Assembly: GCA_035688265.1 (NCBI GenBank)
Contig: DASSNE010000003.1
Coordinates: forward strand, 12,890 to 76,889
Direction: 5' to 3'
Length of the DNA: 64,000 bases
From: Gammaproteobacteria bacterium
Lineage (GTDB): Bacteria > Pseudomonadota > Gammaproteobacteria > Natronospirales > DASSBR01
Below are positions 28,708 to 37,473 of the stretch, piece after piece (the stretch's first letter is position 1; each line of letters begins with the position of its first letter). The position numbers were made by a program, and so were the translations under genes. The notes below the pieces were generated by a model that was not told the origin of the DNA, did no database searches, and was given only the letters and a program-made list of their open reading frames with translations.

Positions 28708-29305
28708 CCGCCCAGCGCGGCATCAACTGATGATCCACATCCAGATGGTCTAGGATGCGCGCGACAACAAAATCGACCAGCGCCTCGATCGATGTCGGTT
28801 GATGATAAAAACCGGGATTGGCCGGCAGCACGACCGCGCCGGCCTCGGCAAGCGTCAGCATGTTGCGCAGATGAATCGCCGACAGCGGCGTTTCGCGCGG
28901 CACGACGATCAGCTTGCGGCGTTCCTTCAGCATCACGTCGGCGGCGCGCTCGATCAGGCTGCGGCTCGCGCCGTTGGCGATCGCCGACAGCGTCGCGGTC
29001 GTGCACGGGCAGACGACCATCGCCTCGATGCGCGCGGAGCCACTCGCCGGTGGCGCCGTCCACTCTTCGCGGCCGAACAGCCGCAATTGGCCGGGTTCGC
29101 CGCCATACCGGTCGAGCAGGTACGGCGTCATGTCGGCACGCCGGGACGGCAGAACTAGATCGGTTTCCATGTCGATGACCAGCTTCGCCGGCTTCGACAA
29201 CAGCAGATAAACTTCGCGGCCGCTTTGCAGCAGACATTGCAGGAGGCGCAATCCGTATTGGGCGCCGGACGCGCCGGTCATCGCAAGAGTAATCGGCTTT
29301 TTCAT
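28700..29305 (-). CDS. ubiX: Flavin prenyltransferase UbiX
   Basis: An internal ATG with a Shine-Dalgarno (ggagaag). MKKPITLAMTGASGAQYGLRLLQCLL..VVCPCTTATLSAIANG.. Confidence 0.9.
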   Translation of the reverse strand: MKKPITLAMTGASGAQYGLRLLQCLLQSGREVYLLLSKPAKLVIDMETDLVLPSRRADMTPYLLDRYGGEPGQLRLFGREEWTAPPASGSARIEAMVVCPCTTATLSAIANGASRSLIERAADVMLKERRKLIVVPRETPLSAIHLRNMLTLAEAGAVVLPANPGFYHQPTSIEALVDFVVARILDHLDVDHQLMPRWADD

Positions 29306-29325
29306 ATTCTTTCTTCTCCACTCTT

Positions 29326-29601
29326 GCCGGCCAGGATGGCCGGCTCTTCTCCCGCGACATCGAGCGCAGCCGAAGATCGGGCTGAAAAAGGGGGAAACAA
29401 GGAACATTGTCCGAAGCCATGGATGGCTGAGTTATGTTCCGGCCCCCTTTTTCAGCCCGATCTTCGGGAAGTCCGCAGCACAGGAAGTGCTGCGGACCAA
29501 GCGACAGGAGCAATGGCTTTGGTTACTTTCCCCGTAAGGAAAGTAACTCGCCGTAGGGGGTCGACACCCCCGCCCAATCAGCCCGCCGCCGTAGGCGGCA
29601 C
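29326..29601 (+). repeat. ~276-bp multi-hairpin intergenic repeat, copy 1
   Basis: Roughly 95% identical by eye to the reverse complement of 51962-52238. It contains a 25-bp perfect stem (29370-29394 / 29443-29467) plus at least four further hairpins. Confidence 0.9.
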
Positions 29602-30978
29602 ATCACCAGTACGGTGCAGCGCCGACAGCAACTTGGCGTGAAAGCCGCCGAAGCCGCCGTTACTCATTACCAGTACATGGTCGCCTGTCCGCGCTTCGGC
29701 GGCAACCGCGGCGACCAATTGATCGATCGAGTCGATGACGTCGGCCCGGCCGGCGAGCGCCTCGGCCGGGTCCCATTTAAGCGTTTGCGGCCGATAGCAC
29801 CAGGCACGGTCGGCCATCACGAGCGCCGGCCCGAGGGCATCACGATGGACGCCCGCGCGCATCGTCGCGGATGCCGGCTCAATGACGGCCAGGATGCGCG
29901 CGTCGCCGACGCGCTTGCGAAGGCCGGCGAGTGTGGTGGCAATGGCGGTCGGGTGATGGGCGAAGTCATCGTAGACCGTCACGCCATCGATCTCGCCGCG
30001 TACTTCCAGGCGCCGCTTGACCCCCGCGAACTTGCGTAGCGCAGCGGCTGCCGTTGCGACCGGCACGCCGGCGTGGCGCGCGGCGGCAATCGCCGCGAGC
30101 GCGTTGGCTACATTGTGCATGCCGATCAGATTCCACTCGACCCGCGCGAGCTTTTCACCATTAAAGACGACATCGAACGCGCTGCCGTCGGCGGCGGCAT
30201 CAGTAGCCTGCCAGCCGCCGACATCGTCCAGGAACGGTTCTACCGGCGTCCAGCAGCCCTGTGCCAGCGTATCAGCCAGGTTGGCATCCGCGGCGTTGGC
30301 GACGATCAGGCCATTGCCGGGGACAGTTCGCACCAGTTGATGAAATTGGCGCTTGATCGAGGCAAGATCGGAGAAGATATCGGCATGATCGTATTCGAGG
30401 TTGTTCAGGACCAGCGTCCTGGGCCGGTAATGCGCGAACTTTGAACGGCGGTCAAAATAAGAGGTGTCGTACTCATCGGCTTCGATGACAAAGAACGGAC
30501 CTTCGCCCAGGCGAGCCGAAGCCTCGAAATTCCGCGGCACGCCGCCGATCAGGAAACCGGGCTTGAGGCCGGCGTAATCGAGGATCCAGGCGAGCAGGCT
30601 CGCCGTGGTCGTTTTGCCGTGCGTACCGGCGACCGCCAGTACCCAGCGCTCGCGTAGCACGTGCCGCGCCAGCCATTCGGCCCCCGACAGGTAGTCGAAA
30701 CCCTGGTCCAGCACCGCTTCCAGCTCCGGATTGCCACGCTTGATGCCGGCATTGCCGATCACCACCTGGTCCGGCGGCGGATCGAGATGGGTCCCCGTAT
30801 AGCCTTCCATCAGCTCGATGCCGAGCGCTTCGAGCTGATCGCTCATCGGCGGATAGACGTTTGCATCCGAGCCGCTGACGCGGTAACCCTGCGCCTGCGC
30901 GAGCGCCGCGATGCCGCCCATGAACGTGCCGCAGATGCCGAGAATGTGGACTCTTTTATGTCGATTTACGTGAATCAC
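29578..30978 (-). CDS. mpl: UDP-N-acetylmuramate:L-alanyl-gamma-D-glutamyl-meso-DAP ligase
   Basis: ..HILGICGTFMGGIAALAQAQGYRVSGSD..AGTHGKTTT.. The only canonical start near the conserved N-terminus is the GTG at 30978. The rest of ORF 29578..32076 is an over-extension. Confidence 0.85.
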   Translation of the reverse strand: MIHVNRHKRVHILGICGTFMGGIAALAQAQGYRVSGSDANVYPPMSDQLEALGIELMEGYTGTHLDPPPDQVVIGNAGIKRGNPELEAVLDQGFDYLSGAEWLARHVLRERWVLAVAGTHGKTTTASLLAWILDYAGLKPGFLIGGVPRNFEASARLGEGPFFVIEADEYDTSYFDRRSKFAHYRPRTLVLNNLEYDHADIFSDLASIKRQFHQLVRTVPGNGLIVANAADANLADTLAQGCWTPVEPFLDDVGGWQATDAAADGSAFDVVFNGEKLARVEWNLIGMHNVANALAAIAAARHAGVPVATAAAALRKFAGVKRRLEVRGEIDGVTVYDDFAHHPTAIATTLAGLRKRVGDARILAVIEPASATMRAGVHRDALGPALVMADRAWCYRPQTLKWDPAEALAGRADVIDSIDQLVAAVAAEARTGDHVLVMSNGGFGGFHAKLLSALHRTGDVPPTAAG

Positions 30979-31041
30979 GTCGCTGCAGCTCGCCGATTTG
31001 GGGGGTGTATTATAGTGACAGAGCAAAACAAGGAGTGCTTC

Positions 31042-31509
31042 ATGAAAGGAATTCACATCATCTCTGCCAGCGTGGTCGTCGGCGCTTTGTTGGCCCTTGG
31101 CGGTTGCGCGCCGCGTAACAGCATCCAGCCGGTGCAACCTGTGAACCAGCCATATGGCGCCACAGCGCCGGCCTATAACAACACCAGCGCGAACTGCTAC
31201 AACTGCGCCACCGTTACCGATATCCAGCCGATTCCCGAAGGCAGCGGTGGTAATGCCACCGGCGCTGTCATCGGTGCGATCATTGGCGCCGCGGTAGGCC
31301 ACCAGTTCGGGGGCGGCCGTGGCCAAACGGCAGCGACCGTCGGTGGCGCGGCAGCCGGAGCCTACGCCGGCAGCGAGTACGCCAACGGTGACGAGTACGA
31401 CTATCGAGTAACGGTGCGAACCGACAGCGGCGAAGTGCGAACGTTCATTCTGGACGATCCGCCCAATTACGGCGTCGGTACCCGCGTTCGCCTCAACAGC
31501 GGTTATTAA
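31042..31509 (+). CDS. Glycine-zipper (SlyB/Pcp-like) outer-membrane lipoprotein
   Basis: Shine-Dalgarno aaggag and lipobox LGGC. Contains ..GAVIGAIIGAAVGHQFGGGRGQTAATVGGAAAGAYAG.. Confidence 0.75.
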   Translation: MKGIHIISASVVVGALLALGGCAPRNSIQPVQPVNQPYGATAPAYNNTSANCYNCATVTDIQPIPEGSGGNATGAVIGAIIGAAVGHQFGGGRGQTAATVGGAAAGAYAGSEYANGDEYDYRVTVRTDSGEVRTFILDDPPNYGVGTRVRLNSGY

Positions 31510-31526
31510 GCAAGGAGAAAATGCCG

Positions 31527-31559
31527 ATCCCCCTCCCAGCGAGGGGGATTTTCTGTTTT
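31527..31559 (+). terminator. Rho-independent terminator
   Basis: atccccctc-ccagc-gagggggat followed by tttctgtttt. Confidence 0.85.
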
Positions 31560-31578
31560 GGCCGGTATAATTGACCGG

Positions 31579-32682
31579 ATGGCCGACTTTAAATACATCG
31601 ACCGCGCCGACCAGCTTGCGGAATTCTGCCGTGCTTCGGCCGATTCCGACTGGCTCGGCCTCGACACCGAATTCCTGCGCGAGAAAACCTATTACCCGCT
31701 GCTCTGCCTGGTGCAGATCGCCGGCGAGCACGGTATCGCCTGCATCGATCCGCTTGCGATCGACGACCTCGCGCCGCTGCGGCAACTGCTGCTGGAGCCG
31801 CGCCTCGTCAAGGTGCTGCACGCGGCCCGCCAGGATGTGGAAGTGCTGCACCAGTCCTTGCAAGCGGTTCCGCGACCCGTTTTCGATACCCAGCTGGCGG
31901 CCGGGCTGCTGGGCCATGGCGACCAGATAGGTTACGGCGCACTGGTCGCGGACGTGGCCGGCGTGCAGCTTGCCAAGGCACATACGCGCGCCGACTGGAG
32001 CTGCCGCCCGCTGGATGCCGATGCGCTGGCCTACGCCGCCGACGACGTGCGCTATCTGGGCGAACTGTATCGGCACCTTCGGCAGCGCCTAGACGCGGCC
32101 GGGCGGAGCGAGTGGCTTAACGCGGAAGCCGCCCTGCTCGGTGACCCTGCGCTGTGGCTGCCCGACCCGCAGACCGCCTGGCTGCGTGTGCGCGGCCAAA
32201 GTCGGTTGGAAGACGCGGCCGCGCGAGGCGCGCTGCGGGCGCTCGCGGCCTGGCGCGAACGCCGCGCGATGGACAAGGATCGACCGCGACGCTGGATTCT
32301 GAACGACGACACCCTGCTCGACCTGGCGGTGCGGATGCCACGGTCGGAAGCTGAACTGCGCGAGGTGGGGGGCCTGGACGGCTTGCTCAAGGCGCGGCAG
32401 GGAGCCGCGTTGCTGGCCGCCATTGCCGAGGGCGCGAACGAGCCGCTGCCGGCGGCGCAAAATGTCGTGCCAAGCAGTGAAGACCGCGCGACCGTTCGTC
32501 ATCTCGGGAAAATGGTGCGTGAGCGCGCCGCTGCCATGAAATTGAGTCCGGCGCTGCTCGCGAACCGCCGCCAACTCGAGCGGCTGGTTCAGGGCGAACG
32601 CGATCTGCCGGTGCTCAAGGGCTGGCGGCGCGAGGTGATCGGCGAAGATCTGCTGGGGGCGGCGACCGCCGAGTCGGCTTAG
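31579..32682 (+). CDS. rnd: Ribonuclease D
   Basis: MADFKYIDRADQLAEFCRA..WLGLDTEFLREKTYYPLLCLVQIA.. (DEDD exonuclease plus HRDC). The TTG at 31558 is an alternative start. Confidence 0.85.
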   Translation: MADFKYIDRADQLAEFCRASADSDWLGLDTEFLREKTYYPLLCLVQIAGEHGIACIDPLAIDDLAPLRQLLLEPRLVKVLHAARQDVEVLHQSLQAVPRPVFDTQLAAGLLGHGDQIGYGALVADVAGVQLAKAHTRADWSCRPLDADALAYAADDVRYLGELYRHLRQRLDAAGRSEWLNAEAALLGDPALWLPDPQTAWLRVRGQSRLEDAAARGALRALAAWRERRAMDKDRPRRWILNDDTLLDLAVRMPRSEAELREVGGLDGLLKARQGAALLAAIAEGANEPLPAAQNVVPSSEDRATVRHLGKMVRERAAAMKLSPALLANRRQLERLVQGERDLPVLKGWRREVIGEDLLGAATAESA

Positions 32683-33776
32683 CGCTTTTTCGCTGCCGGC
32701 TTGCGCGGTGACGACTGCCTGACGGCCCGCTTCGATGGAACGCGCTTCTTGCTCGCCGTCTTTTTCTTCGGAGCACTCTTCCTTGCCGGCGCTTTTGGGG
32801 CAGCCGCCTTCTTTTTCGTCGGCGCCTTCTTCGTGGCGGCGCGCTTCACCGGCGCTTTCTTCGGCTTCGCCGCTGTACGCGACGAGGCTTTCTTCTTCGC
32901 GGCAGCAGCTTTCTTTGCAACCGGTTTCTTTTTGACCACCTTCTTTGCCGCTGTCTTCTTCGCGCCGGCTTTTTTCGCGAGCACTTTCTTTGCGGGCGCT
33001 TTCCTCGCGGGGGATTTTTTGACGGTCGCCTTTTTTGCCGCCGGCTTCTTCGGGGCCGATGCCACGGGCTTTGCGATAGCCTCATCCGACCGCTGCGCCG
33101 GCTCGGCCGCCGTCTTGCCTGCACCGCTGGTGAGATCCTCGATCAGCCTGATTACCTGGCGCGAAATAACCTTCACGTCGCCGTTGCCGTCCACGCGCCG
33201 CAGCCGGTCGCCGTCGGCGTAGTACTTGATCAGCGGCCGCGTCTGCGCGTCGTACACGCGCAGCCGGTTGGCAATGGTTTCCTCGTTGTCATCGGCTCGA
33301 TGGCGCAGTTCCCCGCCGCAACGGTCGCAGCGGCCTTCCAGCTTGGGCGGATTGGTGAACACATTGTAGACGCGCCCGCAGTTCTCGCAGGTGCGCCGGC
33401 CCGCGAGCCGCTGCATCAGCACGTCGATGTCGACCTCGATCAGCAACGCGCCGTCGAGTGGCTTGTGTAGCTGCGACAGCATCGTGTCGAGCGCGTGTGC
33501 CTGCGGAATATTGCGCGGAAAGCCGTCGAGGATGAAGCCGCGGCTGGCGTCGCGCTTGCGCAGCCGCTCGCCGATGATACCGAGCACCACCTCGTCGGAG
33601 ACGAGTTGGCCGGCGTCCATCGCCGCCTTGGCAATTTTGCCGAGCGCGCTGCCCTTCGCCACCGCCGCGCGCAGCAGATCACCGGTCGACACCTGCGGCA
33701 CCCCGTATTTTTCGACCAGCAGTTTCGCCTGGGTGCCCTTGCCCGAGCCGGGCGCGCCCAGCAACACGATTCTCAT
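32679..33776 (-). CDS. adk: Adenylate kinase (Cys4 zinc-lid type) fused to a ~150-aa Lys/Ala/Pro-rich H1/AlgP-like C-terminal tail
   Basis: MRIVLLGAPGSGKGTQ..GFILDGFPRN..CENCGRVYNV..CDRCGG..DDNEETIANRL.., then one continuous frame into ..APKKPAAKKATVKKSPARKAPAKKVLAKK..KKR. Confidence 0.85.
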   Translation of the reverse strand: MRIVLLGAPGSGKGTQAKLLVEKYGVPQVSTGDLLRAAVAKGSALGKIAKAAMDAGQLVSDEVVLGIIGERLRKRDASRGFILDGFPRNIPQAHALDTMLSQLHKPLDGALLIEVDIDVLMQRLAGRRTCENCGRVYNVFTNPPKLEGRCDRCGGELRHRADDNEETIANRLRVYDAQTRPLIKYYADGDRLRRVDGNGDVKVISRQVIRLIEDLTSGAGKTAAEPAQRSDEAIAKPVASAPKKPAAKKATVKKSPARKAPAKKVLAKKAGAKKTAAKKVVKKKPVAKKAAAAKKKASSRTAAKPKKAPVKRAATKKAPTKKKAAAPKAPARKSAPKKKTASKKRVPSKRAVRQSSPRKPAAKKR

Positions 33777-33961
33777 GAGCAATCTCGCTTTTCTTAACGC
33801 GAACGAGCCGCATAAATTTGGCGTAAACGTACCTTGCGCGCCGACCCGCGTCAACGTCTCGTTAACCGGGCCTTTTCGGACTGAAATGCGCCGCGCTTAT
33901 CAACGGCGCCAACTTAAAATAGGATAGGGGCTTTAACCGCCAAAAATGACGAGTTCGCCAA

Positions 33962-35224
33962 ATGACCAAGAGAAACGCCTTTTATGCCCAGTCCGGCGGT
34001 GTGACCGCCGTTATCAATGCGAGCGCCGCCGGGGTGATCGAAACCGCGCGGCAGCACAAGGACCGGATCGGCAAGGTTTATGCCGGGCGCGACGGGATCA
34101 TCGGTGCGCTGACCGAGGACCTGATCGATACCGGCAAGGAGAGCGCGGCGGCGATCGCTGCATTGAGACATACGCCCGGCGGGGCGTTCGGCTCGTGCCG
34201 CTACAAGCTCAAGCCGTTCGACGAGGATCCGGCCGAGTACGAGCGCCTGCTGGCGGTGTTCAAGGCGCACGACATCGGCTACTTCTTTTATAACGGCGGC
34301 GGCGACTCGGCGGATACCTGCCTCAAGGTCTCGCAGATGGGCAAGAAGACGGGCTACCCGATCCGGGCGATCCACGTGCCGAAGACGGTCGACAACGACT
34401 TGGCCGTAACCGACTGCTCGCCCGGCTTCGGGTCGGTGGCGAAGTACGTGGCGGTGTCGACGCGCGAGACGGCGCTCGATGTCGCCTCGATGGCGCGGAC
34501 CTCGACCAAAGTGTTCGTGCTCGAAGTGATGGGCCGCCACGCCGGCTGGATCGCGGCAGCCGCCGGCCTCGCCGGTGAAAAGGAAGGCGACGCACCGCAC
34601 ATCATCCTGTTCCCGGAAATCACGTTCGACCGGGAGCGCTTCCTGGCGCGCGTCAGGGAATGCGTCGAGCACTACGGCTACTGCGTGATCGTCGCATCCG
34701 AAGGCACGCGCGACGCGGACGGCAACTTCCTTGCCGACGCCGGCACCACCGACGCCTTCGGCCACAAGCAGCTCGGCGGCACCGCACCGGTGCTGGCCGA
34801 GATGGTCAAGGCCGCGCACGGCTACAAGTACCACTGGGCGCTGGCCGACTACCTGCAGCGCTCCGCGCGCCACATCGCCTCCAAAACCGATGTTGAGCAG
34901 GCGTACGCGGTGGGCAAGGCGGCGGTCGAGTTCGCGCTCGCCGGCGACAACGCCGTGATGCCGGCGATAGAGCGCACTTCGGAGAAGCCGTACCGCTGGA
35001 AAATCGTCAAGGCGCCGCTTGCGAAAGTCGCCAACAAGGAAAAAATGATGCCGCGCAAGTACATCTCGCGCGACGGCTTCGGCATCTCGGCCGCGGGGCG
35101 CGCCTACCTCGCGCCGCTGATCAACGGCGAGGACTATCCGCCGTACCGGAACGGCCTGCCGCGTTACGTCACGCTCAAGAACGTCGCGGTGCCGCGAAAA
35201 TTGCAAGAAGAATTCATGGTATAG
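33962..35224 (+). CDS. pfp: 6-phosphofructokinase of the ~420-aa clade that includes PPi-dependent enzymes
   Basis: [49 protein letters not shown].. It is followed 44 nt later by hppA. Confidence 0.75.
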   Translation: MTKRNAFYAQSGGVTAVINASAAGVIETARQHKDRIGKVYAGRDGIIGALTEDLIDTGKESAAAIAALRHTPGGAFGSCRYKLKPFDEDPAEYERLLAVFKAHDIGYFFYNGGGDSADTCLKVSQMGKKTGYPIRAIHVPKTVDNDLAVTDCSPGFGSVAKYVAVSTRETALDVASMARTSTKVFVLEVMGRHAGWIAAAAGLAGEKEGDAPHIILFPEITFDRERFLARVRECVEHYGYCVIVASEGTRDADGNFLADAGTTDAFGHKQLGGTAPVLAEMVKAAHGYKYHWALADYLQRSARHIASKTDVEQAYAVGKAAVEFALAGDNAVMPAIERTSEKPYRWKIVKAPLAKVANKEKMMPRKYISRDGFGISAAGRAYLAPLINGEDYPPYRNGLPRYVTLKNVAVPRKLQEEFMV

Positions 35225-35268
35225 TCCGGGGCATTTTACAATCTATTCCTAACCACCAAGGGGCGTTT

Positions 35269-37341
35269 ATGAGTGCTCACGCAGGTTTGTGGATTGCGCT
35301 GGGGTGCGCAGTATTGGCCATTGTGTACGGGGCGGTTTCGGTCAGCTGGATTCTGAAACAGCCCGCCGGCAGCCAGCGTATGCAGGAGATTGCCGGCGCC
35401 ATTCAGGAGGGTGCGCAGGCGTATCTCAACCGGCAATACCGCGCGGTGGCAATTGTCGGCGTGGTGCTCTTCCTGATCCTCGGCTTCGGTCTCGAATGGT
35501 GGACGGCGCTGGGCTTCGCGATCGGCTCGATCTTCTCGGCCGCCGCCGGCTACATCGGCATGAACATTTCCGTGCGCGCCAACGTGCGCACCGCGCAGGC
35601 CGCGCATGACGGCATCAACCCGGCGCTCAAGGTCGCGTTCCGCGGCGGCAGCATCACCGGCCTGCTGGTCGCGGGCCTGGGCCTGCTTGGGGTCGCCGGC
35701 TTTTATGCCATCCTGCACTACTTCGGCCCGCGCGACGCCAGCGGCACCGCCCTGATCGAACCGCTGGTCGGCCTCGCCTTCGGCGGTTCGCTGATCTCGA
35801 TCTTCGCCCGCCTCGGCGGCGGCATCTTCACCAAGGGCGCCGACGTCGGCGCGGACTTGGTCGGCAAGGTTGAAGCCGGCATCCCCGAAGACGACCCGCG
35901 CAACCCCGCGGTAATCGCCGACAACGTCGGCGATAACGTCGGCGACTGCGCCGGCATGGCCGCCGACCTCTTCGAGACCTATGCCGTGACGGTCGTCGCG
36001 ACGATGCTGCTCGGCCAGTTGTTCGCGCAGACCCTTGGCCCGAACGCGGTGCTCTACCCGCTGGTGCTCGGCGGCGCGTCCATTATCGCCTCCGTCATCG
36101 GCACGTTCTTCGTCCGCGCTCGCGAGGGCGGCAAGATCATGGGCGCGCTGTACAAGGGGCTGATCGTCTCGGGCATCCTCGCCGCGGTGATGTTCTACTT
36201 CATCACGCAGTGGATGATGACCGCGTCGACCGGCTATTCGATCTGGGAATTCTTCGGCGCCGCGCTGATCGGCCTGGGCCTCACCGCCGCACTGGTCGTG
36301 ATTACCGAGTACTACACCGGCACTGAATACAAGCCGGTGCGCCACATCGCGGAAGCCTCGACCACCGGCCATGCAACCAACATCATTGCCGGCCTCGCAG
36401 TATCGATGAAGGCGACCGCGCTGCCGGTGATCGCGATCTGCGCGAGCATCTGGGGCGGCTATGCGCTCGCCGGCCTGTACGGCATCGGCATCGCCGTCAC
36501 GACGATGCTGTCGATGACCGGCATGATCGTCGCGCTCGACGCCTTCGGCCCGATCACCGACAACGCCGGCGGCATCGCCGAAATGGCCGATCTGCCGGCC
36601 GAAGTGCGCGGTCGCACCGATCCGCTCGATGCGGTCGGCAACACAACCAAGGCCGTCACCAAGGGTTACGCGATCGGCTCAGCCGGTCTGGCCTCGCTGG
36701 TGCTGTTCGCCGACTACGTGCATGAGCTGAAAGCCCACTTCACCGGCCTCGGCGTGGGCGCCGAACAACTCGACAAGCTGACCACGTTCGTGTTGTCCGA
36801 TCCGGACGTGATCATCGGCCTCATCATCGGCGGCCTGATCCCGTACCTGTTCGCGTCGCTCGCGATGGAAGCGGTCGGCCGTGCGGCCGGCGGCATCGTC
36901 AATGAAGTGCGCCGCCAGTTCCGCGAGATCAAGGGCATCATGACCGGCGAAACCCGGCCGGACTATTCGCGCGCGGTCGACATGCTGACCAAGTCGGCGA
37001 TCAGGGAAATGATCATTCCGTCGCTGTTGCCGATCATCGCGCCGATCCTGGTCGGCGAGATCCTCGGCGCCCGCGCCCTGGGCGGCATGCTGCTCGGCAC
37101 CATCATCACCGGTCTGTTCGTGGCCATTTCGATGACCACCGGCGGCGGCGCCTGGGATAACGCCAAGAAATACGTCGAGGACGGCAACTTCGGCGGCAAG
37201 GGGTCGGAAGCGCATCACGCGGCCGTCACCGGCGACACCGTCGGCGATCCGTACAAGGACACGGCGGGGCCGGCCATCAACCCGCTGATCAAGATCATCA
37301 ACATCGTGGCGATCCTGATTATTCCGTTGCTGCATTTTTAA
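35269..37341 (+). CDS. hppA: Membrane-bound proton-translocating pyrophosphatase (K+-independent type)
   Basis: 690 aa and polytopic, with ..[19 protein letters not shown].. and [16 protein letters not shown]. As I recall, Lys in the GNTT[K/A]A motif marks K+-independent enzymes. Confidence 0.9.
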   Translation: MSAHAGLWIALGCAVLAIVYGAVSVSWILKQPAGSQRMQEIAGAIQEGAQAYLNRQYRAVAIVGVVLFLILGFGLEWWTALGFAIGSIFSAAAGYIGMNISVRANVRTAQAAHDGINPALKVAFRGGSITGLLVAGLGLLGVAGFYAILHYFGPRDASGTALIEPLVGLAFGGSLISIFARLGGGIFTKGADVGADLVGKVEAGIPEDDPRNPAVIADNVGDNVGDCAGMAADLFETYAVTVVATMLLGQLFAQTLGPNAVLYPLVLGGASIIASVIGTFFVRAREGGKIMGALYKGLIVSGILAAVMFYFITQWMMTASTGYSIWEFFGAALIGLGLTAALVVITEYYTGTEYKPVRHIAEASTTGHATNIIAGLAVSMKATALPVIAICASIWGGYALAGLYGIGIAVTTMLSMTGMIVALDAFGPITDNAGGIAEMADLPAEVRGRTDPLDAVGNTTKAVTKGYAIGSAGLASLVLFADYVHELKAHFTGLGVGAEQLDKLTTFVLSDPDVIIGLIIGGLIPYLFASLAMEAVGRAAGGIVNEVRRQFREIKGIMTGETRPDYSRAVDMLTKSAIREMIIPSLLPIIAPILVGEILGARALGGMLLGTIITGLFVAISMTTGGGAWDNAKKYVEDGNFGGKGSEAHHAAVTGDTVGDPYKDTAGPAINPLIKIINIVAILIIPLLHF

Positions 37342-37419
37342 AAGCGGGATCGGTTGGCTGCTGATAGGTCGTCGCGAGGGGCGGTGAGGTAGCTTCTTCC
37401 GAAAGGACCCACAAAATAA

Positions 37420-37458
37420 CTCTCCCCCCTCGGCCGCAGAGCAGCCGAAGAGGGAGAG
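37420..37458. terminator. Imperfect 15-bp hairpin between convergent genes (candidate bidirectional terminator)
   Basis: ctctcccccctcggc-cgcagagca-gccgaagagggagag, with two mismatches. Confidence 0.45.
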
Positions 37459-37473
37459 CCGGAGGAACACGTT

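Noticed and set aside
29326-29601. Interpretation of the 276-bp repeat as a classical MITE with terminal inverted repeats and target-site duplication
   Set aside because: The ends match each other only weakly (about 9 of 14), and I could not find a convincing duplicated flank in either copy. I left the element unclassified rather than calling it a mobile element.
29225-29641. ORFs running through the 276-bp repeat (29225..29641 + and 51907..52311 -) that give about 90 similar residues in both copies
   Set aside because: The copy-to-copy differences are mostly non-synonymous. Those in the long stem are mirrored across its two arms, preserving the pairing. This points to structural rather than coding constraint. 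There is no Shine-Dalgarno or start in a conserved position.
30661-31041. N-terminal extension of the lipoprotein ORF (282-aa track ORF)
   Set aside because: It is antisense to mpl. A Shine-Dalgarno, an ATG at 31042 and a lipobox define the real gene.
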